From the NCBI GenBank assembly GCA_036381195.1, contig DASVDH010000078.1, forward strand, positions 10,250-74,249: 64,000 nt of DNA, given 5' to 3'. This document shows positions 54,614 through 64,000 of this stretch, piece by piece. The stretch comes from Longimicrobiales bacterium (GTDB taxonomy: Bacteria; Gemmatimonadota; Gemmatimonadetes; Longimicrobiales; RSA9). The translations under genes and the position numbers were made by a program. The stretch's first letter is position 1, and each line of letters opens with the position of its first letter. The notes below the pieces were generated by a model. The model was not told the DNA's origin and did not search any database. It worked only from the letters and a program-made list of their open reading frames with translations.

Positions 54614-55731
54614 TCAGACGAGGGCCGCGGGGGGCAGGTGGAGCTCGAAGAAGAACCGTGTCCCCCACCCTCGCCGGGTTTCGAAGCGGAGCTCGGAATC
54701 CATCGCCGCGAGGAGCTTGCGGCAGATGGCGAGGCCGAGGCCGGTGCCGGAGAAGCGCCAGCCGCTCGCGCGGTGGCGGTCCGGGCGGAAGGGTTGGTAG
54801 AGCGAGGCGACGACGTCGGGGTCGATGCCGTTGCCGGTGTCGCGGACGGAGAACTCGACGCGAGAGGCGGCGCAGGGGTGGGCGACGATCTCGATGAACC
54901 CCTCGTCGGTGAACTTGAGCGCGTTGCTCGTGAGGTTGAGGAGGACGCGGCTGAGGGCGACGGGGTAGCCGAGGCGCCGGTCCGCGTCCGGGGGCAGGAG
55001 GCGGATGGTGAGCCCTTTTTCCTCTGCCATGGGCTGGACGATGTCGGCGACGGACTGCAGGATCTCCGTGACGGAGAACGGAGAGGGCTCCGTCTCGGTG
55101 AGGCGATCGCCGCTGCGGGCGAGCTCGATGACGTCGCTGGCGACGGAGATCAGGCCGAGGGCGGCGCTGTAGATGATGCCGAGCTGGCGCCGCTGGGTAT
55201 CGCTCACGGGTCCGCTCCGGCCTCGCCGCAGGGTTTCAGCGAGGAAGAGGATGGAGGTCAGGGGGGACCGGAGGTCGTGCGCGAGCTCGATGGCGAGCTC
55301 CAGGCCGTCCGGGCGCAGCAGGCGCATGGCGAAGGAGTCGGCATCCACCGGCTCTGGCTCGGTGGATCCGCGCAGCCGCTCGAGGTTCTGGAGCGTGCGC
55401 AGCATCTCGGGGGTCGGGGGCGACACGGGCGCACGCGCCCACTCCAGCAGCAGCTCGGCCCTGAAGCGGTCGAGGATGGGCGGCGGGAGGAGGGGGCCGG
55501 CGCTGTCCTGCGCGAGGCGCGGGGCGTCTGGCGCGTCGGACTCGATCGCGCGGGCGAGAGCGATGAGCTCCCGGATGGGGAGTTCGCCGTGGCCGCCGCG
55601 CGAGGGGTCGGCGGACTCCTCGGCGATGCGGCGGACGGCGGCCCGCAGGGCCGGGGAACGGATGGTTTCGAGCGAGCAGGAGTCGGCGGCAGCGGCGTCG
55701 CGCGATGGTCGTCGTTCGAGCTCGGGCAGGC

Positions 55732-55735
<4 letters not shown>
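54614..55735 (-). CDS. soluble sensor histidine kinase (HisKA + HATPase_c)
   Basis: ATG 55735 overlaps the stop of the response-regulator gene (ATGA). H-box ELAHDLRSPLTSI, N-box LLNLTSNALKFT, G1 VRDTGNGI and G2 GTGLGLAI. No hydrophobic helix in the ~150-aa N-terminal region. Confidence 0.85.
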
Positions 55736-57282
<1,547 letters not shown>

Positions 57283-57903
57283 GGGGGGACTACCTCCGTC
57301 GAACGATACAAGATTGGATCGTGGCGCGGGCCGGAGTCGGGGCGAGTCCGAAGCCGTCCGGCGGGGCGGCGGCCGTCCGCGACCGACTCGGTCGCAGGTC
57401 TATCGGGCCGGGCCGGCGCATCATTGGGGAACGGCGGCTGGTGCCGCTTCTCGCCGTGAGCGCCCTGGCGGCGCGCGACGCACGACGCGGAGCGGACGTG
57501 CGGGGCGTTGCCGGCACCGGGATCGCGAGCCAGGGGACGACCGCTCGAGCCGACACTCGTGAGTTCCTTGGCTGCGCTGCCGACCCGGGAGCGAGTGATG
57601 AAGGCCATGGCAGCGTCCATGGACGGACTCCACACCATCGGCAACGCTGGCCGATGCGGCCGGCAGAGCGGTCGCGGCGGCCTCAAGTAGATAGCTGAAA
57701 CGGGTGGCGCTGTCAATGGCCGAGGCACCGTTTCGTAGCGGGGGCGCGACAGGCCCCGGGCGGAGGAGGGGGCGCAAAGTGTGGTGCTCGCGCAACAAGA
57801 CGAGGGGCGGGCTGCCCGGGATTTGACGCCCGTGTGCGGGGAGAGCGGCGGCACGGCGCGGATCACGAGGCAGGCGTGGGCGGGCGCGGTGCGGATCCGC
57901 CTG

Positions 57904-57919
57904 CGGTACCGGGATTGCG
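57904..57919 (+). promoter_or_regulatory. candidate sigma-54 (-24/-12) promoter upstream of the Wzc-like gene
   Basis: Plus strand reads CGGTAC-CGGGA-TTGCG. GG and GC have exact spacing, with two flanking mismatches. Predicted TSS is near 57931, about 67 nt before ATG 57998. Confidence 0.4.
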
Positions 57920-57997
57920 GGCGAGCCCGCCGCGAGCCGTGGGTGGAGGCGACCGGGGTGGTGGCCGTTTCAGACGTTCAAGAGGTGGCTTCGATCG

Positions 57998-60418
57998 ATG
58001 TCGAGCAATCTTCCGACGACGCCAGGGCCGGTGGAGCTGCAGATGGCCGCGAGCGAGCCGGGCCAACCGGCCCGGGCGGTGCCTGAGCTGGGCGCCGGTG
58101 CCTCGTTCAACTGGCGCCGCTACGTCTCGATGGTGCTGAGGCGGAAGTGGCTGGTGCTGGGCATCACGGCGTTCGGCCTGGCGGCGGGCGTCCTGGCGAC
58201 GCGGTTCATGAGCCCGGTGTACGTGGCAAACGCGACGCTCTGGATCGAGGCGGACGACCGGCGCGGGTCGAGCCCCGGACCCATCCGCCCGGATGGATTG
58301 CTGGAGGCGTGGGGGTGGCGCGAGCTGCTGAGGTCGTACGTGGTGCTGGACCACGTGGTGCGCGAGGCGCTGCTGTACGTGACGCCGCAGTCGCCGGCTG
58401 ATTCGGCGTTGTTCAAGGGGTTCGGGCTCAAGGAGTCGTTCCGGGTCGGAGAATACTCGCTGAACGTGGCGGAGGACGGGCGGACGTTCGTGCTCGCGGG
58501 TGAGGGCGGCGTCGAGATCCAGCGGGGCGTGGTCGGCGATTCGGTGGGTGCGGGCGTCGGTTTCCAGTGGGTCCCGCCGGCAGAGGAGATGCGGCCGGGC
58601 CGGGTGGTGAAGTTCAGGGTGGGGTCACCGCGGGATGCGGCGGATGCGCTGGCTGCGGCCCTGGACGTACGCATGTCCGAGCGAGCATCGAACTTTATGC
58701 GGATCTCGCTGGAGGGCACGGATCCGGTGCGGATCGCGCGGACGGTGAACGCGGTGGCGGAGCGGTCGGTGGAGGTGGCGGCGGAGCTGAAGCGGGCGAA
58801 GCTGGACGAGTACACGGAGATCCTGCGGGCGCAGTTGGAGACGGCCGAGCAGAATCTGGCGGCGGCGGAGACGGCCCTGGAGAGTTTCCGGGTCCAGACG
58901 ATCACGTTGCCGTCGGAGCGGACGGTGATGCAGGTGGCGCCGGGGCTGCAGCAGACGCGGGATCCGGTGTTCGCGCGCTACTTCGACATGAAGGTGGAGC
59001 TGGACGAGGTGGCGCGTGCGCGGGAAGGGATCGAGCGGGTGCTGGCGGAGGCGCGAGGGGGAGAGCTCTCAGTGGCAGGCCTGGAGGCGATCCCGGCGGT
59101 GCAGCAATCGTCGGAGCTGAGGGCGGCATTGAGCGAGCTGACGGATGCGCGTGCGGAGTTGCGGGCGCTGCTCCACCAGTACACGCCGGAGCATCCTGCG
59201 ACGCGGCGGCTGGAGGCGCAGATCGACACGCTGGAGCGGCGGACGATTCCGCGGCTTGCGACGGTGCTGATCGGGGAGCTGGCGACGCGGGAGGCGGAGC
59301 TCGCGGCGCAGGTGCGAGGCGCCTCCGCAGAGCTGCAGGCGATTCCTCCGCGGATGATCGAGGAGGCGCGGCTGATGCGCCAGGTCGCGATCGCGGCGGA
59401 CCTGTACCAGTCGCTGCAAGCGTCATATGAGGAAGCGCGTCTCGGGGCGGAGAGCAGCATCCCGGACCTGCGGATCCTGGACATGGCGGCGGTTCCGCGA
59501 CGGCCGGTGAGGGATGAGCGGCCGAGGGCGATTCTCCTCGCGTTCCTGGGGAGTCTGGGGCTCGCGGTGGTGGGCGTGGTGTTGCTGGAGAAGGTGGATC
59601 CACGTGTGCGGTACCCGGAGCAGGTGACACGGGAGCTCGGGCTGCCGATCCTGGGCGCGGTGCCCCGGCTGGAGACGCCGGGCGGGTCGGTCCAAAGCGG
59701 GTCGGAGAGCGCGGCGCATGTGATCGAGGCGTTCCGGGGGATCCGGCTGAACCTCGCCTATGCGGCAGCGGCGGACGGCGGGCCGCTGCAGGTGACGGTG
59801 ACGAGTCCGGGTGTCGGGGATGGCAAGTCGTTCGTCAGCTCGAACCTCGCGCTGGCCTTCGCGGAGCTGGGGAAGCGGACGCTGCTCGTGGATGCGGACA
59901 TCCGGCGGGGTGTGCTCCACCGGCTGTTCGGGCGGACCCGCAAGCCCGGCTTGACCGATTACCTGGCGGGGGATGTGACCCGGGAGGCGCTGGTCCAGAG
60001 GACGCGGTACCCGATGCTGGACCTGATCGGATCGGGCACGCGGATGCAACGGGGGCCGGAGCTGCTTTCGACTGCGGCGCTGGGGGAGCTGCTCGACGCG
60101 CTGCGCTCGGAGTACCAGGTCATCATCGTGGACACAGCGCCGTTGAGCGCCGGTGTGGACCCGTTCGTGTGCGGGACGGTGACAGGCCGCGTGCTGATGG
60201 TGCTGCGGACAGGGATGACGGACCGTGAGCTGGCGGGTGCGAAGCTGGGCGTGCTGGACCGGCTGCCCGTCGAGGTGGTAGGGGCGGTGCTGAACGACGT
60301 GACCCGGAGTGGCACGTACGGCTACTACTATCGGCTGTACGGCTACTCGGCGAATTACGAGGTGGTGGGGTCGGAGGAGGAGACGGAGACGCTCGTGGCC
60401 GGCGAGCGGCGGAGCTAG
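57998..60418 (+). CDS. polysaccharide co-polymerase / BY-kinase (Wzc/GumC-EpsG type, chain-length determinant fused to tyrosine autokinase)
   Basis: N-terminal Wzz-type region with TM helix (WLVLGITAFGLAAGVLATRF), a long coiled-coil and a second TM. Walker A SPGVGDGKS, A' LLVDADIRRG and B VIIVDTAPL. Tyr-rich tail GTYGYYYRLYGYSANY. Confidence 0.9.
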   Translation: MSSNLPTTPGPVELQMAASEPGQPARAVPELGAGASFNWRRYVSMVLRRKWLVLGITAFGLAAGVLATRFMSPVYVANATLWIEADDRRGSSPGPIRPDGLLEAWGWRELLRSYVVLDHVVREALLYVTPQSPADSALFKGFGLKESFRVGEYSLNVAEDGRTFVLAGEGGVEIQRGVVGDSVGAGVGFQWVPPAEEMRPGRVVKFRVGSPRDAADALAAALDVRMSERASNFMRISLEGTDPVRIARTVNAVAERSVEVAAELKRAKLDEYTEILRAQLETAEQNLAAAETALESFRVQTITLPSERTVMQVAPGLQQTRDPVFARYFDMKVELDEVARAREGIERVLAEARGGELSVAGLEAIPAVQQSSELRAALSELTDARAELRALLHQYTPEHPATRRLEAQIDTLERRTIPRLATVLIGELATREAELAAQVRGASAELQAIPPRMIEEARLMRQVAIAADLYQSLQASYEEARLGAESSIPDLRILDMAAVPRRPVRDERPRAILLAFLGSLGLAVVGVVLLEKVDPRVRYPEQVTRELGLPILGAVPRLETPGGSVQSGSESAAHVIEAFRGIRLNLAYAAAADGGPLQVTVTSPGVGDGKSFVSSNLALAFAELGKRTLLVDADIRRGVLHRLFGRTRKPGLTDYLAGDVTREALVQRTRYPMLDLIGSGTRMQRGPELLSTAALGELLDALRSEYQVIIVDTAPLSAGVDPFVCGTVTGRVLMVLRTGMTDRELAGAKLGVLDRLPVEVVGAVLNDVTRSGTYGYYYRLYGYSANYEVVGSEEETETLVAGERRS

Positions 60419-61338
60419 ACGGGGCGGGTGGCGCCCTCGGTCTGGAAGTCATCGGCGACCTGGACCGGGCTCTCGCTGCTCCCGGCCTTGTGGAGCGCGA
60501 GGGTCGCGCGGACCAGGAGGTCCGCCGGGGCGATCGCGGTTTCGCGGAAGCTCGAGACGCCGGCGCAGCCGACGCGGAACTGGCGCGGCGTGTCGCCGGC
60601 GGGGTCGGGCGCGCGTTCCCGGATCACGCGGAGGATGCGTTCGGCCGCGATCCGGGAGCCCGCGGGTCCGGTGCCGGTGGCGAGGATGACGAACTGGGAT
60701 GCGCCGAGCCGGCCGACGACATCGGACTTGCGGACCGTGTCGCGGAACGTTTCGGCGAATCGCCTTAGGAGATCGGGGTCGTCGGGGCCGGGCGCGAGCG
60801 CGAAGATGATGCACGCCATGGGGCGGTCGTGGCGCGCGGCGTCAGCGCCGATCTCCCTGGCGCGCTGGAGAATGCCGCGCAGGTTGTAGAGGCCGGTGGC
60901 CTCGTCGAGAAGGCCGTGATCGCGCGCGTGATCGCTGTCGAGCTTGGCGCGCGCGAACGCGTTGAGCTTGAGCACGAGCTCTTCGGCATCGAGCGGGAAC
61001 CCGATGATGTCCCAGGCGCCGGCCTTGAGGGCCTCGAGTCGCTGTTGTCTGGTCGCGGGGCCCGCGGTGGTGAGCAGGACCGGCGTGCTCCTCAGGAAGC
61101 CGGGGTCCCTGCAGATGAGCCGGCAGGTCTCGATGCCGTCGGGCTCGGGCAGGTCCACATCGAGCAGCAGGATGTCCGGGCGGGAGTTGCGGAACGCTTC
61201 GATGGCGTGCTTGCCGCTGGAGGCCCGCAGGACGGCGAATCCGTGGGGGCCGAGGATGCTCTCAATGGACCAGCCGATCCATTCCTGATCGCTGGCAACG
61301 AGGACGAGGGGTGCCGCCGCGCCGTTCGCTGGCTTCAT
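60415..61338 (-). CDS. response-regulator receiver fused to a degenerate GGDEF domain
   Basis: ATG 61338. REC (PDILLLDVDLPEPDG, VLLTTAG). GGDEF-like domain (DEATGLYNLRG..., RKSDVVGRLGASQFVILA, ...LLVRATLALHKAG). The active site reads GASQF instead of GG(D/E)EF. RKSD occupies the RxxD I-site position. The stop shares the tetranucleotide CTAG with the Wzc stop. Confidence 0.8.
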   Translation of the reverse strand: MKPANGAAAPLVLVASDQEWIGWSIESILGPHGFAVLRASSGKHAIEAFRNSRPDILLLDVDLPEPDGIETCRLICRDPGFLRSTPVLLTTAGPATRQQRLEALKAGAWDIIGFPLDAEELVLKLNAFARAKLDSDHARDHGLLDEATGLYNLRGILQRAREIGADAARHDRPMACIIFALAPGPDDPDLLRRFAETFRDTVRKSDVVGRLGASQFVILATGTGPAGSRIAAERILRVIRERAPDPAGDTPRQFRVGCAGVSSFRETAIAPADLLVRATLALHKAGSSESPVQVADDFQTEGATRPV

Positions 61339-61777
61339 GTGCTCGCTGTTCCGTGTTGTGACGCACGGGAAGCGGAGAGTCAGATCGAGGAGCGGCTTGC
61401 CGCGAAGGGCAGCCACTCGCGGGACGGATTCCGGCCTCTCGCTTTCGGGCCCGTGATGTTGCAGGAATCGTGCGACGAGAGGGACGAGGGCGCCGCGCCG
61501 ATGCCTGTGGCCCTTGCGCATCCGCGGGCCGCGCCGGCCGGGAGGCCGGTTGCGGCGCGGAGGCGACACTTTGCTCCCGGGCTGCTACACGCGGGCCGCC
61601 CGGCGGAGAGCGAAGAGGGGTCGTCGGAGGCGGAAGCGGCCCGGAGAGAACGGCGTGCAGCCGTGCTGCCGCCGGCCGGCGCCGAGGCGGCATCGATCTT
61701 GAAAACGCGGCGGCCCGGATTGATCATCGCGCTGCCGAAGGCGCCATCTTCGGCGTGTCCTATTCCAGAGTGGGAGC

Positions 61778-61793
61778 GGGGACATGCTTTGCG
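61778..61793 (+). promoter_or_regulatory. weak sigma-54 promoter-like sequence upstream of the Wza-like gene
   Basis: Plus strand reads GGGGAC-ATGCT-TTGCG. GG and GC spacing is exact, with a C-to-G mismatch in the -24 element. It overlaps the ATG of the small ORF 61784..62020, so the two calls are mutually exclusive. Confidence 0.3.
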
Positions 61794-62020
61794 AACGGTG
61801 CTCGGCCAGCCGGGCCCGGCGGGGGGCGAGGGCGGTTCCAGCGGCACCGGATTGTCCGGCGGGAGAACGTTCGTTGGCAGGGGTGGTCTGCGCGTCCTGC
61901 GGCGCGTTGTTGCCGCAGGATGCGACGGACGTGCTCCTCGAGACGCTGGCGCAGCTCGCGCGATTCGGGCTGGTCCCGGAAGGGCAGCCGCTGTTCGAGA
62001 GCGTGCGGGCACGGAGCTGA
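61784..62020 (+). CDS. possible small zinc-ribbon protein (78 aa)
   Basis: ORF-track ORF MLCERCSAS...(29 aa)...VVCASCGALL..., i.e. CxxC-N29-CxxC. By my count about 80% of third codon positions are G/C. The C-terminal half is non-repetitive (DATDVLLETLAQLARFGLVPEGQPLFESV). No homologue recognised. Confidence 0.35.
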   Translation: MLCERCSASRARRGARAVPAAPDCPAGERSLAGVVCASCGALLPQDATDVLLETLAQLARFGLVPEGQPLFESVRARS

Positions 62021-62096
62021 ATTGGGAAGGCCGGGTGCGACGCGTGCCCCCTCCGGGCACGCAGCGCCGTTGGATCGGCGGATCGGAGAGTCCATC

Positions 62097-62921
62097 ATGG
62101 GCAGTACTGGAAGGAAGGTTCTCGGCGTGCTGAAGCCGGGCTCGATGGCGGTCCTGCGCGTGGTCCTGGCGGGTTGCGCGGTGCTGCTGGGCGGGCGGGC
62201 AGCGCAGGGGCAGACGGCCGCGTCGTGGGATCCCGGCCGGCCGAACATGACGCGCGCGGCGCTGGAGGATCTCCTCGCCCGCTATGAGCAGGCGACGGCA
62301 TCGCCCGGGTACACGGAGGAGATGCGAGAGCGGGCGCGCTACGAGGCATCCTTGATCCGGGCGCGGTTGGAGGAGGGGGATTTCCAGGTGGGGGATCGCA
62401 TCCTCCTGGTCCTCGAAGGTGAGGAGCAGCTCTCGGATACGTTCGCGGTGGCGCCGGGCCCGGCGCTCCTGCTGCCGGTGGTGGGCGAGATCCCGCTGAA
62501 GGGCGTGCTGCGGTCCGAGTTGGAGGACCACATCAGGGAGCACCTCACGCGCTTCTACCGGAATCCCGTGGTGCGGGCGCGGGCGCTGATCCGGATCGAG
62601 GTTTACGGGGAAGTGACGCGGCCGGGGTTCTACGTGCTGGCGCCGGAGACGCCCGTGACGGACCTGTTGATGAGGGCGGGTGGGATGACGCGGGAGGCGG
62701 ACCAACGGTCCATCCGGGTGGAGCGAGGTGACCGCACCATCTGGGGGGCCGAGGCGCTGCGGCAGGCGATCATCGAGGCGCGGACCCTGGACCAGCTCAG
62801 CGTGCGGGCGGGGGATCGGCTCGTGGTGCCGCGTAAGAGCACATGGAGCCTCGGCGAGATGCTGCGCGTGGGGGCGTTCGTGCTCCCCTCCGTGGTCACG
62901 CTGGTGACGCTGCTCAGATGA
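62097..62921 (+). CDS. polysaccharide export lipoprotein (Wza/Poly_export + SLBB-like, short form)
   Basis: ATG 62097 (GGAGAG 8 nt upstream). Signal peptide with lipobox VLAGC. DFQVGDRILLVLEGEEQLSDTF (Poly_export-like), GEVTRPGFYVL and VRAGDRLVVP (SLBB-like). C-terminal hydrophobic helix. Confidence 0.8.
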   Translation: MGSTGRKVLGVLKPGSMAVLRVVLAGCAVLLGGRAAQGQTAASWDPGRPNMTRAALEDLLARYEQATASPGYTEEMRERARYEASLIRARLEEGDFQVGDRILLVLEGEEQLSDTFAVAPGPALLLPVVGEIPLKGVLRSELEDHIREHLTRFYRNPVVRARALIRIEVYGEVTRPGFYVLAPETPVTDLLMRAGGMTREADQRSIRVERGDRTIWGAEALRQAIIEARTLDQLSVRAGDRLVVPRKSTWSLGEMLRVGAFVLPSVVTLVTLLR

Positions 62922-62977
62922 CGGAGGGCGAGCACCGGGCGACGGGGAGCGGCGGGAGGATTCACGGTCCAGGATCC

Positions 62978-64000
62978 ATGATCAAGGTCATGCATGTCGC
63001 GGGCGCGCGGCCGAACTTCATGAAGGTTGCGCCCGTGATGGAAGCACTGCGCCAGTACCCGCAGGTCTGCCAGCATCTGGTCCACACGGGCCAGCACTAC
63101 GATGACCGTCTCTCCCGGACGTTCTTCGAGGAGCTGGAGATCCCCCGCCCGGACGTGAATCTCGGGGTGGGTTCGGGGACGCACGCAGCCCAGACCGCGC
63201 GGGTGATGCAGGCGTTCGAGCCCGTGTGTCTCGAGCGGCGGCCGGACGTGGTGGTGGTGGTCGGAGACGTCAACTCGACGCTGGCGTGCGCGCTGGTGGC
63301 TGCGAAGCTGGGGATCGGAGTCGCGCACGTGGAGGCGGGGCTGCGCTCGTTCGACTGGTCGATGCCCGAGGAGATCAACCGGGTCGTGACCGACCGGCTC
63401 TCGGACCTGCTGTTCACGACGGAGCCGAGCGCGAACGAGAACCTGCGGCGGGAGGGCGTGCCGCCGGAGCGGATCCATTTCGTGGGGAACGTGATGATCG
63501 ACACGTTGCTCCGGCACCGCGCGCGTGCGCGCGCGTTACGCATGCCCGATCGTCTCGGGCTCGTCCCCGGGCGCTTCGCGCTGGTGACGCTGCATCGGCC
63601 GTCGAACGTGGACTCGCCGCGGACGCTGGCGCCGATCGTGGCGGGGCTGGAGCGTGTGGCCGCGGAGGTGCCGGTGGTGTTCCCGGTGCATCCGCGGACG
63701 CGAGGAACGCTCGAGGCGGTGCTCGCCGCGGGCGGCCGTTCCTCCATCCGGCGGCTGGAGCCGCTGGGCTACCTCGAGTTCCTGGGCCTCATGTGCGATG
63801 CGGGAGTCGTCGTCACGGATTCCGGCGGGATTCAGGAAGAGACGACGGTGCTGGGCGTCCCGTGCCTGACGGTGCGGCCGAACACCGAGCGTCCGATCAC
63901 GATCGAGCAGGGGACGAACCGGCTGGTGCGCGCGGAGCCGCGTGCGATCGCCGACGCCGCGCTGGCCGCGCTCGAGGGCGAGCGCCGGGACGGGCGGCGC
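62978..64000 (+). CDS. wecB: UDP-N-acetylglucosamine 2-epimerase (non-hydrolysing), 3'-truncated by window edge
   Basis: Not in the ORF track because no stop falls in the window. My own translation gives MIKVMHVAGARPNFMKVAPV...HTGQHYD...GSGTHAAQTA...VVVVGDVNSTLA...HVEAGLRSFD...MPEEINR...DSGGIQEE. An alternative upstream ATG at 62918 overlaps the Wza-like stop (ATGA). Confidence 0.9.
   Translation, partial: MIKVMHVAGARPNFMKVAPVMEALRQYPQVCQHLVHTGQHYDDRLSRTFFEELEIPRPDVNLGVGSGTHAAQTARVMQAFEPVCLERRPDVVVVVGDVNSTLACALVAAKLGIGVAHVEAGLRSFDWSMPEEINRVVTDRLSDLLFTTEPSANENLRREGVPPERIHFVGNVMIDTLLRHRARARALRMPDRLGLVPGRFALVTLHRPSNVDSPRTLAPIVAGLERVAAEVPVVFPVHPRTRGTLEAVLAAGGRSSIRRLEPLGYLEFLGLMCDAGVVVTDSGGIQEETTVLGVPCLTVRPNTERPITIEQGTNRLVRAEPRAIADAALAALEGERRDGRR

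Noticed and set aside
57283-57997. ORF-track ORFs in the bEBP/Wzc divergent gap (57321..57698 +, 57421..57798 -, 57508..57690 +, 57117..57866 -), considered as small regulatory proteins.
   Set aside because: Their composition is Arg/Pro/Ala/Gly-rich. Third-position GC (~78% in the best frame) is not clearly above background. One of them runs far into the regulator gene in another frame. No motifs were recognised.

Overview
High-GC bacterial chromosomal segment (about 70% G+C by eye, not computed). Almost the whole window is one very large locus for synthesis, decoration, export and regulation of a cell-envelope polysaccharide (EPS or capsule type). I support about 44 protein-coding genes, and roughly 10% of the window is intergenic.

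Gene content:
- 13 Leloir glycosyltransferases: 6 GT4-like and 7 GT2-like.
- One initiating polyprenyl-phosphate sugar transferase.
- Two Wzx-like flippases and one Wzy/O-antigen-ligase-like protein.
- A fused Wzc-type chain-length-determinant/tyrosine-kinase protein, a short Wza-like lipoprotein, and a 3'-truncated WecB.
- Three asparagine-synthase paralogues, one of which lacks the Cys nucleophile.
- An ATP-grasp enzyme, a FemAB-like protein, a DegT-like aminotransferase and a NodU-type carbamoyltransferase.
- Three polysaccharide deacetylases.
- Three ArnT/PMT-like GT-C membrane proteins, plus two further polytopic membrane proteins with the same layout.
- Two secreted lipoproteins with glycan-degrading-like domains.
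- A sigma-54 enhancer-binding response regulator translationally coupled to a soluble histidine kinase.
- A REC protein with a degenerate GGDEF domain.

Several genes resemble the hallmark set of XrtA/PEP-CTERM exosortase-associated EPS loci. I could not recognise an exosortase or a PEP-CTERM substrate in the window. I also found no rRNA, tRNA, CRISPR, transposase or phage genes.

Observations most worth follow-up:
1. Sigma-54 (-24/-12) promoter-like sequences sit in front of at least seven transcription units, and the matching activator is encoded in the locus.
2. The locus is unusually dense in amide-bond-forming and amine-generating enzymes, which suggests a heavily N-decorated polymer.
3. 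Five GT-C-like membrane proteins occur together with polyprenol-phosphate sugar synthase-like GT2s.
4. A roughly 1000-aa lipoprotein carries five Big_2 domains and two jelly-roll domains.
5. A REC-GGDEF protein has a dead active site but a preserved RxxD I-site, and its gene abuts the tyrosine kinase gene.

All family assignments come from motif recognition by eye. No database search was run.
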